IMG/VR virus record: IMGVR_UViG_3300009702_000001 | Span: 1 to 64,000 of that record | DNA: 64,000 nucleotides | From: a virus | Reading direction: 5' to 3' (one strand) | Shown here: piece after piece, positions 31,892-40,791 of the stretch | How positions within the stretch are numbered: the first letter of the stretch is position 1 | How the letters are laid out: every line of letters starts with the position of its first letter | Made by a program: the position numbers and the translations under genes | The notes under the pieces: generated by a model | What the model saw: only the letters and a program-made list of their open reading frames with translations | The model's database searches: none | Told to the model about the DNA's origin: nothing

Positions 31892-32595
31892 CGTTCTTCC
31901 CTTTCCATGAACGGCCGGTCAATCAGACAAACCGGCATAGAATCCGTTACCCTGTTAAAGACTCGGACAATATGTTCCGGGGCTTCATTCAACAACCATT
32001 TGCCTTGACGGAAACGGATTTCTTCCCGGAGCAAGGAACCGATTGCCAGGGCATCCGAAACGGCTTCCTGATAGACCTTTGCCATTTTGCGAAACTCGGC
32101 AAGCATAGGGCTTCCGGTTTCTTCCATGACCGCAACTGCCCGTTCAATCATATCATCCTTTTCGGCATCCCCGCGCCCGGTCCAAAACAGTTTGACCGAA
32201 CCCGGATGATAGGTCCGGACCTTGTAACCGTGCTCCCAAAGCGCAAGCCGCAAGACACCTCCCAATTCACCTATCTGTAATTGCCCCCCTCCCCTCCCCC
32301 CGCTCCCAAAAGTATAGTCTTCCAATCCTATCATTGACGGATGCCAAGTCCGGCAATGGGACAAAACCATTTCCCGGACAGTATGAAGCCGAACCATCCT
32401 TGCGCTTTCGTCCGCAAGTTTAACCTTGGGAAGAAGCGTTGCCCGAGCAATCTTCTTTGCCGTCCCGGCCGCTTCCGTGCAAACGGCAAAGCCGGTCAAG
32501 ATGCCGTCTTCAATCCGAGCAATACCCGTCCCCTTTGGCGACGGGTCGATAGCAAGAATCCTTCCGGAAATTCTTTTTAGTCTTTTCCTACGCAT
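31888..32595 (-). CDS. RuvC-like Holliday junction resolvase
   Basis: ILAIDPSPKGTGIA and IGLEDYTFG fit the RuvC acidic-residue pattern. ATG 32595 is preferred over TTG 32601. Confidence 0.7.
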   Translation of the reverse strand: MRRKRLKRISGRILAIDPSPKGTGIARIEDGILTGFAVCTEAAGTAKKIARATLLPKVKLADESARMVRLHTVREMVLSHCRTWHPSMIGLEDYTFGSGGRGGGQLQIGELGGVLRLALWEHGYKVRTYHPGSVKLFWTGRGDAEKDDMIERAVAVMEETGSPMLAEFRKMAKVYQEAVSDALAIGSLLREEIRFRQGKWLLNEAPEHIVRVFNRVTDSMPVCLIDRPFMEREER

Positions 32596-33142
32596 TGACA
32601 ATATGCGCCCATTTTTCGCCGCTCATTATTCTACAAACCATACTTGGAGAAATACCATACTTAGAAGCAACCAACTTTTGTTGCGTCCCGCCATTGACCA
32701 GCCTTACAATCTCAATAACGGTCATTTCATCCAATTTATTTCCCCCGCCGTTTTCAGTCCCCCTAGCAACCGTTCCGTGAATCATCTTATCATCATTGTT
32801 TTCTTTCGCCGTTCCCCAACGCAAATTCCTCAATCTATCATCAGAATTAACACCGTTGCCGTGACAAACCTGTAAGTTATCCCGATTGCCACGAAATGCA
32901 ACCAATACCAACCGAGCAACGCGAAACGTCAATTGACTTCCGTTTTTGCATAAACTAACTATGTTATATCCGTCCTTGTCCGAAGCACACTTTAAGACTC
33001 GCCCGTTATGAATTCTAGTCACCCCGGTATTATAAGTAACCTTCCTGTCAAGGCTTCTAACGCGCCCTAAATTTGAAACTTGATATACTCCAATGTACTC
33101 GGAAATATCGCGCCAAACTTCTTTGCTTTTTAATCGTTTCAT
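32588..33142 (-). CDS. HNH homing endonuclease (NUMOD4 plus HNH_3 plus C-terminal HTH)
   Basis: WRDISEYIGVYQVSNLGRVRS (NUMOD4-like), VCHGNGVNSDDRLRNLRWGTAKEN (HNH) and an HTH-like tail. Confidence 0.8.
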   Translation of the reverse strand: MKRLKSKEVWRDISEYIGVYQVSNLGRVRSLDRKVTYNTGVTRIHNGRVLKCASDKDGYNIVSLCKNGSQLTFRVARLVLVAFRGNRDNLQVCHGNGVNSDDRLRNLRWGTAKENNDDKMIHGTVARGTENGGGNKLDEMTVIEIVRLVNGGTQQKLVASKYGISPSMVCRIMSGEKWAHIVNA

Positions 33143-33145
33143 TTA

Positions 33146-33430
33146 TCAATTGCTAGAATCCGGCTCGGATTCTTTTTTAATCGCTTGCGCTTCATAGTTG
33201 GCAATCATTCTTTCGGCATACAATCGGGCCGCTTCAATGTCATCAAATTCTTCCCCGTCTTCATCGGTCATATGGGCAACCCTGTCCCCGTCAAAACAGG
33301 CTTGCAAGACAACCCAACATTCCCCGTCATGGAAAATGAAGATTTCTTCTTCATACCCTTCCCCGAAAAGGGAAAGGTCCATGTAAAGCAAATCGGAACG
33401 GGTCCAAGGAATTTCAATTTTTTCGGTCAT
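33146..33430 (-). CDS. acidic hypothetical protein
   Basis: 94-aa ORF between the two HNH genes, with ATGA coupling. Confidence 0.55.
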   Translation of the reverse strand: MTEKIEIPWTRSDLLYMDLSLFGEGYEEEIFIFHDGECWVVLQACFDGDRVAHMTDEDGEEFDDIEAARLYAERMIANYEAQAIKKESEPDSSN

Positions 33431-33951
33431 GGTTCAACCCAACTTTTGTTATTAACTATCTTGTTAATTACGGAATGCGAAACGCCATATTCAACTGATA
33501 GTTGCTTTTGCGAAACGTTGCCGTCCAAGTAACGTTCTCTGATTTGTTTAACCAAACCCCACGTCAAAACAGACCTTCCGTTTCCTTCTCCCCTTGTATC
33601 GGTTCCATGTATGAACCTATCACCTTGGTTGTTCTTCGGGGTATCCCAACAAAGATTATTCAATCTATTGTTTTTAGGATTGCCGTCTTTGTGCCTTGCT
33701 TCCATCCCATCCGGACAAGGACCAACGAAAGATAAAAGAACCAACCGACAAACGCGGATTGTCATCCGTTCTTTATCAATACAAAGAACAACAACGGGTC
33801 TATCGGACTTGTCTAGTCCGGCTTTCAAAATGCGCGTCTTGGTTTTCGCTACACCCTTTCGCATAACCCAACGCGCAAGACTTTTGACTCTACCAAGATT
33901 TGAAACCTGATAGTAACCTTCATAATCCGGTATATCTTTCCACTGTTCCAT
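33427..33951 (-). CDS. HNH homing endonuclease (paralog of 32588..33142)
   Basis: WKDIPDYEGYYQVSNLGRVKS and ARHKDGNPKNNRLNNLCWDTPKNN. ATG 33951 overlaps the SbcC-like TAA by 1 nt. Confidence 0.8.
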   Translation of the reverse strand: MEQWKDIPDYEGYYQVSNLGRVKSLARWVMRKGVAKTKTRILKAGLDKSDRPVVVLCIDKERMTIRVCRLVLLSFVGPCPDGMEARHKDGNPKNNRLNNLCWDTPKNNQGDRFIHGTDTRGEGNGRSVLTWGLVKQIRERYLDGNVSQKQLSVEYGVSHSVINKIVNNKSWVEP

Positions 33952-36038
33952 TATATCCAATCAACCGTAGAATATGCGCCTTGCCTAGTTACCGCTATTC
34001 CATTTTCAATCAGGTCAAGAATTTCTGAATTATGCGAAATCCAAAAAATTTGTTTGATGCCGTATTCCTCGGTTAGAATATGCAAGATAACATCAATAAC
34101 GGCTTGCCGGTTTACGGGGTCAAGCATCCCCGCGATTTCATCCAAGACAATCGGGGGGACTTCACCGCTTCCCTGCCGGACCTTGAAGAACAATAGGGCA
34201 AGCCGGACGGCAAATGAAATCAGGGTTTGCCCCCCGCCCGAGTCAAGGGAAAAGTCTGATTGGGTTCCTTCGGCCGCGTCATGGATTATCAAAACAAGTT
34301 GTTCAACCCGCTTCCGTTGCCGGGGTTCTTTGCAGATAGAGCACTTGCGTTCCCTCGGGGAGAATTCCGAACCGCAAGCAAGGCAAGAAGATTCAAAATT
34401 CTTTGTTTCTCGGTATGGCCTAAACTCAATTGACAAGCCACAATTCATCCGGCTCAATATGTAATTGATATCCGATTCAAGCGTTTCGAAAGCCCCCTTG
34501 ATAAATTCGTTTGGAATCCCCCGGTCCCCGAACATGAATTTGCAATATTGCCAAGCTCCCAGGTCAAGCCGCGCCGCTTCAAGCGACTTCCCAATCCGTT
34601 CCTTCCGCTCGGCATAATCCCGCGCCCGTTGCGCCGCGTCTTGAAAAGCTCGGGCCTCTGTTTCATACTGTCCCAACAACCTATTCAATCTTTTGATTTC
34701 TTCTCCGGCATCCATCTTTTCATTGTTGATTATCCCCACGTCCCTTCCCCCGTCAGGAATCTTACTATTGACGGCTTGCAACCAACCGTCAAGCCGGTCA
34801 AGCATTTCTTCAAGCCTTTGGGTATCCGTGTTCCCGAGTCCCCGCATTTTGCCTTCCAGGGCTTGAATGGATGATTCGATTTCTAGGACTTCTTCTTCCT
34901 GCCGTCCCTTTATTTCATCAAATTCTTCCCGCGCCGCTTCATACACTCCCCGCATTTCCCCGGCGCGTTCCTTCAAGCTGTTCGTTTGTTCGGGGTCAAC
35001 CCGTTCGCACGGTTCACTCAATACAGGGCAAACCCCACCCGTTTGTTTCGCCGCTTGGTAACGGTCCCGGGCTTTGTTCCTTGCGTCCCGAACCGTCAAA
35101 TATGCGTCCCGCGCCGCTTGCAACTTCTCCGCTTGCTTAGCCTTGACTTCCTTCAATCGCTTACGTTCGGACCGGACTTCTTCTTCAAGTTGTAACTTCT
35201 TTTCCGCGTTCCTTTCCGCTTCTTCAAGAGCCGCTTCAACTTCCGTGATTTGGTCCGTTAGTTGCTTACGCTCAACCATTGCTTGCGCCGCTTTTATCAC
35301 CTCCCGATACTCGGCTTTCAGGGCTTCAAGTTTTTCTTCCGCTATCTTGATTTCCTCCCGCGTAATTTCGGCCGCGTCTTTGGCTTCTTCGGCTTGGGCT
35401 TCCAATTCTTCCGGGTCCCCTTCTGGCTCCGGCAATGCGTTTAAGGTCCCCGCCAATTGTTGGGCCTTGTTACTCGCCTCCCCCGCCCTTTGTTTGGCAA
35501 ACTCGGACCGGACTTCCCAACGTGTTTGGTCTAACCAATCAAGTAACAGTCCCCGCTTTTCCTTCGGAGTTGAAACCATAAAAGAGTGAATATCCCCTTG
35601 GGAAAAATAAGCCGTATTTTTATATTCCTCATGAGAAAATCCAATCAACTCAGCAATACGTTCGTTGACTTCTGCCCAGCCCGAACCTTCAAAGCCGGTA
35701 ACGGATGCCGTCCCCTTGCCGTCATTAGTCCGGCTCCGGATGATTTCTATTTCCCGCCCGTCTTGCAAGACATAGATTCCCCGAACCTTCATTCCTTCCC
35801 CGGCCGCTCGGGCAGTCCGATTAATTAGCTTGCCATGATGCCGCGTCCGCGCCTTACCGAATAACAAGTATTCAATTGCTTCGACAAAGGTTGATTTGCC
35901 TGCCCTATTGCTCCGGCCAGAATCTTCTTCGGCTTCATAGCGTCCAACCAAACCGACAACCGGATTGGACTCGGGGAAAAGCAAATGCGCTTCCCGGATG
36001 ATTCCGAAATTCTGGATTTCAATTTCCCTTAGAAACAT
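33951..36038 (-). CDS. sbcC: SbcC/Rad50-family ATPase
   Basis: Walker A SNRAGKSTF, a long coiled-coil, signature-like SLDSGGGQTL, Walker B PPIVLDEIAGMLD, and Cys pairs in the coil (CPVLSEPC). Confidence 0.85.
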   Translation of the reverse strand: MFLREIEIQNFGIIREAHLLFPESNPVVGLVGRYEAEEDSGRSNRAGKSTFVEAIEYLLFGKARTRHHGKLINRTARAAGEGMKVRGIYVLQDGREIEIIRSRTNDGKGTASVTGFEGSGWAEVNERIAELIGFSHEEYKNTAYFSQGDIHSFMVSTPKEKRGLLLDWLDQTRWEVRSEFAKQRAGEASNKAQQLAGTLNALPEPEGDPEELEAQAEEAKDAAEITREEIKIAEEKLEALKAEYREVIKAAQAMVERKQLTDQITEVEAALEEAERNAEKKLQLEEEVRSERKRLKEVKAKQAEKLQAARDAYLTVRDARNKARDRYQAAKQTGGVCPVLSEPCERVDPEQTNSLKERAGEMRGVYEAAREEFDEIKGRQEEEVLEIESSIQALEGKMRGLGNTDTQRLEEMLDRLDGWLQAVNSKIPDGGRDVGIINNEKMDAGEEIKRLNRLLGQYETEARAFQDAAQRARDYAERKERIGKSLEAARLDLGAWQYCKFMFGDRGIPNEFIKGAFETLESDINYILSRMNCGLSIEFRPYRETKNFESSCLACGSEFSPRERKCSICKEPRQRKRVEQLVLIIHDAAEGTQSDFSLDSGGGQTLISFAVRLALLFFKVRQGSGEVPPIVLDEIAGMLDPVNRQAVIDVILHILTEEYGIKQIFWISHNSEILDLIENGIAVTRQGAYSTVDWI

Positions 36039-36041
36039 GAT

Positions 36042-36413
36042 TCAAAATTGGCGCCCGTGTTTGTAGGAACGGCCCTTGTTATATTCAACTTTCGTCACTA
36101 TCGCGCCGGCAACGTTCAATCCCCTTCCGGCTGCGAAGTCGAAAATGCGTATAATGGTATCGGCTAATTCTTCTTCAACTTGACTATATCCCCGCGCTTT
36201 TTCGGATTGGGGATTACCATCCCGCAATGCTTCAAGTGTCTCTGATAACTCGCTGTGCATAAGCGCAATCATTTCAGCGTCATTTCGCTTTTGACCTTCC
36301 AATTCAGAATCCCAAAATCCATGACTGATATTGATATCATGTATATACTTTTGAACCCTCATTGTGTGTTCAGTCCATTTAATCAATTCATCTTGAGTCA
36401 TTTCATTATCCAT
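36042..36413 (-). CDS. MazG-like nucleoside triphosphate pyrophosphohydrolase
   Basis: MHSELSETLEALR...EEELADTIIRIFDFA (EExxE/D pattern). ATG 36413 follows AAAGGGGAG. Confidence 0.7.
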   Translation of the reverse strand: MDNEMTQDELIKWTEHTMRVQKYIHDINISHGFWDSELEGQKRNDAEMIALMHSELSETLEALRDGNPQSEKARGYSQVEEELADTIIRIFDFAAGRGLNVAGAIVTKVEYNKGRSYKHGRQF

Positions 36414-36426
36414 TTCAACTCCCCTT

Positions 36427-37551
36427 TCAAATCGCTTCTTCAAGGGCTCGGAACGCCCGTTCAATTACCGCGTCCGAGTTGCTCGGCTTGCGGACCTTGA
36501 CCCAATGCTTTACCGCCTCCTTGTCCGACATAGAAGCCGAAACCAAAACGGCTTCTTTTTCATCTCGCCTAACAATTGTTGGGGTTATCTTCCTAACAAA
36601 TTTGGCGCCGGCTTCAACAAGGGCAATGTTAAAATCTTCAAGGTCAACAGTTTCTTGTTGGTCTTGAGTCATTCTGATTTTCACTTTGACCCCCGCCCCT
36701 TCAATATCCTCGGGGTCAAAGTCGAAAGTAATCGGGCCGTCATGGTCAACAAAATCATATTCAAGTTGGACAAGCGGCATTGCCCCCGAGGGATGGGGGG
36801 TAACCGTCAAGTCATCTTCCCCAACGTCAATCAACAAGAAACGCTTATCCCGAATATCTCCGAAGTCCGTAACGACCGGAGCCCCAACAATCCAATGCCC
36901 CGGGTTCTTCCGGACCTTTTGCGGACGGTGAATATGCCCCGAGAAAACCCCCATTATGTCCGCTTTGAAAAGACTGTCCGGGACCTTTGCTTCAACGGGT
37001 CGCAAGATAAAATCATCATGGACTTCCGCGCCGCTCGGATTCAAATGTGTAAAGGCAATCGCGTTCCCCCGGGCTTCTTCAAATTGGTCCCCGAGTCCGG
37101 AAACGAAACCGTCAAGGTATTCGTCAATTGAAACCTTCCCCGGGATATTGGACCGGGACAGGAACGGAAGGTAAACAACCAAACTGTCATCAATCCAATC
37201 ATAGTCCGGAGCAACAACCGGCTTGACTTTAGATAGGTTCAATTCCGCCAACGGGGCAAGGCTTCCATATGGGTTCCCTTCCCGGTGTATTGCATCATGG
37301 TTCCCGAGCAAAAAACGTGATTCAAACCCCGCGCCTTCCAACTTCAAAAACAGGTCAACCCAAAGACCATGAATATAACTTGAAGGGTTTGAAGTATGCC
37401 CAAGGTCCCCGCCATGAATGAAACAGTCAACCCCCTTCCCGATAGCAAAGTTGACCGCTTCATTCATTATGGAATGAATTTCGGGAGTCCGGTCAAAGCC
37501 CCCCGATTTCAAACCATAGTGGGCATCCGATATAAAAAGAATCCGCGCCAT
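36427..37551 (-). CDS. sbcD: SbcD/Mre11-family nuclease
   Basis: Calcineurin-like phosphoesterase motifs ILFISDAHYG, HGGDLGH, LGNHD, FTHL and SGHIH. Confidence 0.85.
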   Translation of the reverse strand: MARILFISDAHYGLKSGGFDRTPEIHSIMNEAVNFAIGKGVDCFIHGGDLGHTSNPSSYIHGLWVDLFLKLEGAGFESRFLLGNHDAIHREGNPYGSLAPLAELNLSKVKPVVAPDYDWIDDSLVVYLPFLSRSNIPGKVSIDEYLDGFVSGLGDQFEEARGNAIAFTHLNPSGAEVHDDFILRPVEAKVPDSLFKADIMGVFSGHIHRPQKVRKNPGHWIVGAPVVTDFGDIRDKRFLLIDVGEDDLTVTPHPSGAMPLVQLEYDFVDHDGPITFDFDPEDIEGAGVKVKIRMTQDQQETVDLEDFNIALVEAGAKFVRKITPTIVRRDEKEAVLVSASMSDKEAVKHWVKVRKPSNSDAVIERAFRALEEAI

Positions 37552-37553
37552 GA

Positions 37554-37847
37554 TTACAACCCCAACAACGCTTCAAGCGTTTCCCGTTCACTCGGGTTCA
37601 ACGTCCGCGTCCCAACTTCCAACGTCCGGATTTCTTCTATTACAGCGGCAACGGCAAGCTGAAAATGAAACCGGATTACCGGATCCCATACCGTTGTGGA
37701 AACCCCCAGGTCCCGAAGAAATACGTTGACCCGTTGGATATCCCCGGGGGAAAGCGTATTGAAGACCCGTTCAAGGGCTTCGTTATTCGTCCGAGTCTTC
37801 ATCTTCTTCCGAGTCATCGGAAACAACGGCTTCAATCGCCGTATCAT
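37554..37847 (-). CDS. hypothetical protein (start uncertain: ATG at 37847, 37817 or 37802)
   Basis: The ORF overlaps the 3' end of the RecA-like gene. Confidence 0.4.
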   Translation of the reverse strand: MIRRLKPLFPMTRKKMKTRTNNEALERVFNTLSPGDIQRVNVFLRDLGVSTTVWDPVIRFHFQLAVAAVIEEIRTLEVGTRTLNPSERETLEALLGL

Positions 37848-39078
37848 TCAATTCGGCAATCATTGAATCAACCGCTTCCGGTCGTGTTCGCAACCAATCA
37901 ACGAAAGCCGCGTCCCCTTTAATACGACCGTCCGGCAAAAGGTTATGCCGCCAAATTCCCCCGGTCCCCCGAACAATCGGGGAGTTTTCCCCGCGCAACT
38001 TTGCTTCTTCTATGATTTGCTCGGCATAGTCAAAACCGATTGGGTAACCCCCGCGTCCCTGCCCCATGACGAAACGGAAGCGGTCCGCGCAAACCCCAAC
38101 CTTGTTTTTTTCAATGATGCCTTGACAGATTTGAGCAACAACAACCTTTTTGCCGGAAACGGTCCGCTTCTTTGTTCCAACAACTTGAACGCGGATTACC
38201 ATCGTTGAATCATAAATCAAAGACTCCCCGCCTTTGACCCGGTATTTCTTTTCAAAGATACCGGCATCCAACTTGACCTTTTCATGGGCAAGAACAACGA
38301 ACAGAATCGGAAGGCTTCCAACAATAGGGGTAAGTCTATCCATCCAAACCGTGTTCATCAACGCCCGGAGCGGATAGCCCTTCCCGACTTCGGACAATTC
38401 CTTCAATTCATTTTCGGGGACAAGTTTGTTGATTGAATCAACGACGAAAAGAAGACAACGGTTCGGATGAATGTTGCCCTTGTCCCTGCCGGCCCGAAAG
38501 TTGTTGATGTATTTTTCAACCTTGGAAGTTGTTTCTTCATACGTCAACGGGGCAACATATTCCATTTGCTCGGGGTCAACCCCACAATGGGAAACAAAGG
38601 TCTTGTCAAGCGTATGTTCGGCATCAATGTAAACCCCGAAATGCGCTTGAAGTTGAAAGGAACGCATAAGCCCCAAGCAAAAAGCAGTCTTGCCCCCCTT
38701 GCTCGGACCGTGAATTGCGGCGATGCAATTCATCGGGGCGCCCCCCGTTCGGATTGCCCGATTGAATCCCGGAAGGATGGTTGGGACAATGATTGAATCC
38801 GCCTTGTCTACAAAGCGAATTGCCCCCGTTCCCTTCCCGAGTATATCCAATTCAGACTTGATATCCGGGATTGCTCCCCCTGGCAACGCGGCCCCGGACC
38901 ATGACTCGGATTCCTTCCGCTCGGGCTCGGGCTTACTCCGGGGCTCCGGGCTCGGGGTCCCTGCCGGGGCTTTGGTCTTCTTCACCTTGCGGACCTTCCG
39001 GACTTTGGGCTTGGGCTTTTCGGGCTCGGGGTCAAGGTCATTGATAGAAGACCCCTTGGTAATGTTGAAATCGGGCAT
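37783..39078 (-). CDS. RecA-family recombinase with basic N-terminal extension and acidic tail
   Basis: Walker A GPSKGGKTAF, YIDAEHTLDKTF (compare RecA FIDAEHALD), Walker B LLFVVDSI. Confidence 0.8.
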   Translation of the reverse strand: MPDFNITKGSSINDLDPEPEKPKPKVRKVRKVKKTKAPAGTPSPEPRSKPEPERKESESWSGAALPGGAIPDIKSELDILGKGTGAIRFVDKADSIIVPTILPGFNRAIRTGGAPMNCIAAIHGPSKGGKTAFCLGLMRSFQLQAHFGVYIDAEHTLDKTFVSHCGVDPEQMEYVAPLTYEETTSKVEKYINNFRAGRDKGNIHPNRCLLFVVDSINKLVPENELKELSEVGKGYPLRALMNTVWMDRLTPIVGSLPILFVVLAHEKVKLDAGIFEKKYRVKGGESLIYDSTMVIRVQVVGTKKRTVSGKKVVVAQICQGIIEKNKVGVCADRFRFVMGQGRGGYPIGFDYAEQIIEEAKLRGENSPIVRGTGGIWRHNLLPDGRIKGDAAFVDWLRTRPEAVDSMIAELNDTAIEAVVSDDSEEDEDSDE

Positions 39079-39105
39079 ACGGGCTTCCTTCCGTTGGTTG
39101 GGATA

Positions 39106-39127
39106 GGGGAGCCCCGAAGGGCTCCCC
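39106..39127. repeat. GGGGAGCCC-N4-GGGCTCCCC hairpin element (copy 4)
   Basis: Perfect 9-bp stem with a UUCG loop on the minus transcript, between the SSB extension and the RecA-like RBS. Confidence 0.7.
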
Positions 39128-39169
39128 GCGTCCCCTGGGGGCCGTTATGGGGCTTCCGGCGCATCCCCA

Positions 39170-39379
39170 TCAAAAGGGGACTTCATCTTCATCTTCTTCA
39201 AATTCCGCGCCGCAATGGGGGCATTCCGTAGCATCGGAAGCAACCAACTTTTCACAAGCCGGGCATTCTTCCATTTCATTCCCGTCTTCATCCCCGTCTT
39301 CACCTTCATCGGACTCGGGCTCCGGAGCCGTCTTCTTCTTCGGCTTGGTTTGTTTGCTTGCCGATTTCTTTGCTTTGGG
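39170..39379 (-). CDS. 69-codon frame continuing the SSB ORF past its TAG (K/P/E linker, CPAC-N10-CPHC ribbon, tail EEDEDEVPF); alternatively a 34-aa ORF from ATG 39274
   Basis: Codon-by-codon hand translation. It is in the same frame as 39380..40765 and ends at TGA 39172..39170. Confidence 0.4.
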   Translation of the reverse strand, partial: PKAKKSASKQTKPKKKTAPEPESDEGEDGDEDGNEMEECPACEKLVASDATECPHCGAEFEEDEDEVPF

Positions 39380-40765
39380 CTACAATGGGTCCGCGCCGGA
39401 AGCGGTTTCATCTTCCGAAACCAATTCATCCCCGTCCAAGAAAACCCGTTCCCCGTCCGAGTCCGAGAAAACACCTTTTTCCTTTGTATGGTTGTAACGG
39501 ACAAAAGTTAGTTTGTCCCCATCTTGGGTAAAGTATTCCTTCCCCTTGACGCAATCAGTTACCTTTGTCGGTTCGGGCGCCGCGTCCGGCGCGTCTTCAT
39601 CCCCGTCTTCTTCGGGCTCGGGCTCGGCAGTCCCGGCCGGCATGATTTCTTCCCCGGCAGGAATCTTGACCTTCAACCCGTCTTCATCCTTGGCAATGCC
39701 GATTTTCTTTTTGCCGTCCCATTTAACGAATTCAACGGTTTCATCTTCATAGATGTAAGACTCCCCAGGTTCCGCGTCTTCAACGTCAACCGGGGCCGGC
39801 TTGCTTGACTTCTTCTTCGGGGCTTTCGGTTTGCTCGGGGGCTTGGGCTTGGACTTCTTCGGGGGCTCGGGCTTGGACTTCTTCGGGGGCTCGGGCTCGG
39901 GCTCGGGGGCCGGCTTGGGTTTCTTGGAATTCTTGACCTCGGGCTTGCTTGCCGTCTTCTTTTTGGTCTTCTTCGGCTTACTCGGTTCCTCGGTTTCAAC
40001 GTCCGTTCCAAGCAACGGGCAGTCAACAACGCACATTGCCCGGAGCAAATCGGTTGACGTTCCCGCATCCAAGTCTTGCGCGGAACCCGGGTCCGTATAT
40101 TGCGTCATATCAACCGCTTCTTCATCAAACAGGTCCCGGACGGCTTCCGTCAACGGACGCTTGACCGTTCCGGCCCCATACATATCGGTTCCCCGTTCAT
40201 CCTTGTCAAAGGTAACTTTGCAAGCATATGGGTTTTGCCAGGGGTCGCCTTCATCTTCCCCCAATTCTTCAATTTCTTCATCCCAAACCTTGTTTAATTT
40301 CTTGCCGGCCGAATACGGCAAAACCAAGACTTCGGGACCCTTCGGTTTCTCCCCCTTTTCGGTAACGTTGATGATACAGAAAAGGTATTCAGTCCGGGGA
40401 CGCATCAACCGCTTGCGCCAATCATACCCCTTCATTCCCAACAATTCCCCCTTCAAGTATTCTTCTTCATCCCCCCCGGCAGTCTTCAAGCGCAAAACAA
40501 CGTCATCCGGGTCAATGTCCGGAGTGTCATTCTTCAACCAAAGAATGAATTGATTGGTAATGTCCGAGTCCCCTTCATAGAAACGACGGATGCCCTTGAT
40601 TTCTTCTTCACCGTCATCATTTTCAACAACGCGCCGGAGCGTAACGGTAACCCGCTTTTCAATCTCGGACTTCGGATGAACAAAGAAAATAACCTTTCCA
40701 TCCTTGCGCCAATCCGTAAACGCGGCCCCCCGCTTTGTATCCGCTCCAAATTGCTTCCTGTCCAT
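39380..40765 (-). CDS. gp32-like single-stranded DNA-binding protein
   Basis: By-eye similarity to T4 gp32: GKVIFFVHPKS, EYLFCIINVTEKGEKPKGPEVLVLPYSAGKKLNKVW and GDPWQNPYACKVTF. Long K/P/E linker. Adjacent to the RecA-like gene. Confidence 0.6.
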   Translation of the reverse strand: MDRKQFGADTKRGAAFTDWRKDGKVIFFVHPKSEIEKRVTVTLRRVVENDDGEEEIKGIRRFYEGDSDITNQFILWLKNDTPDIDPDDVVLRLKTAGGDEEEYLKGELLGMKGYDWRKRLMRPRTEYLFCIINVTEKGEKPKGPEVLVLPYSAGKKLNKVWDEEIEELGEDEGDPWQNPYACKVTFDKDERGTDMYGAGTVKRPLTEAVRDLFDEEAVDMTQYTDPGSAQDLDAGTSTDLLRAMCVVDCPLLGTDVETEEPSKPKKTKKKTASKPEVKNSKKPKPAPEPEPEPPKKSKPEPPKKSKPKPPSKPKAPKKKSSKPAPVDVEDAEPGESYIYEDETVEFVKWDGKKKIGIAKDEDGLKVKIPAGEEIMPAGTAEPEPEEDGDEDAPDAAPEPTKVTDCVKGKEYFTQDGDKLTFVRYNHTKEKGVFSDSDGERVFLDGDELVSEDETASGADPL

Positions 40766-40791
40766 GATTCTTTTTCCTTCCGTTGGTTGGT

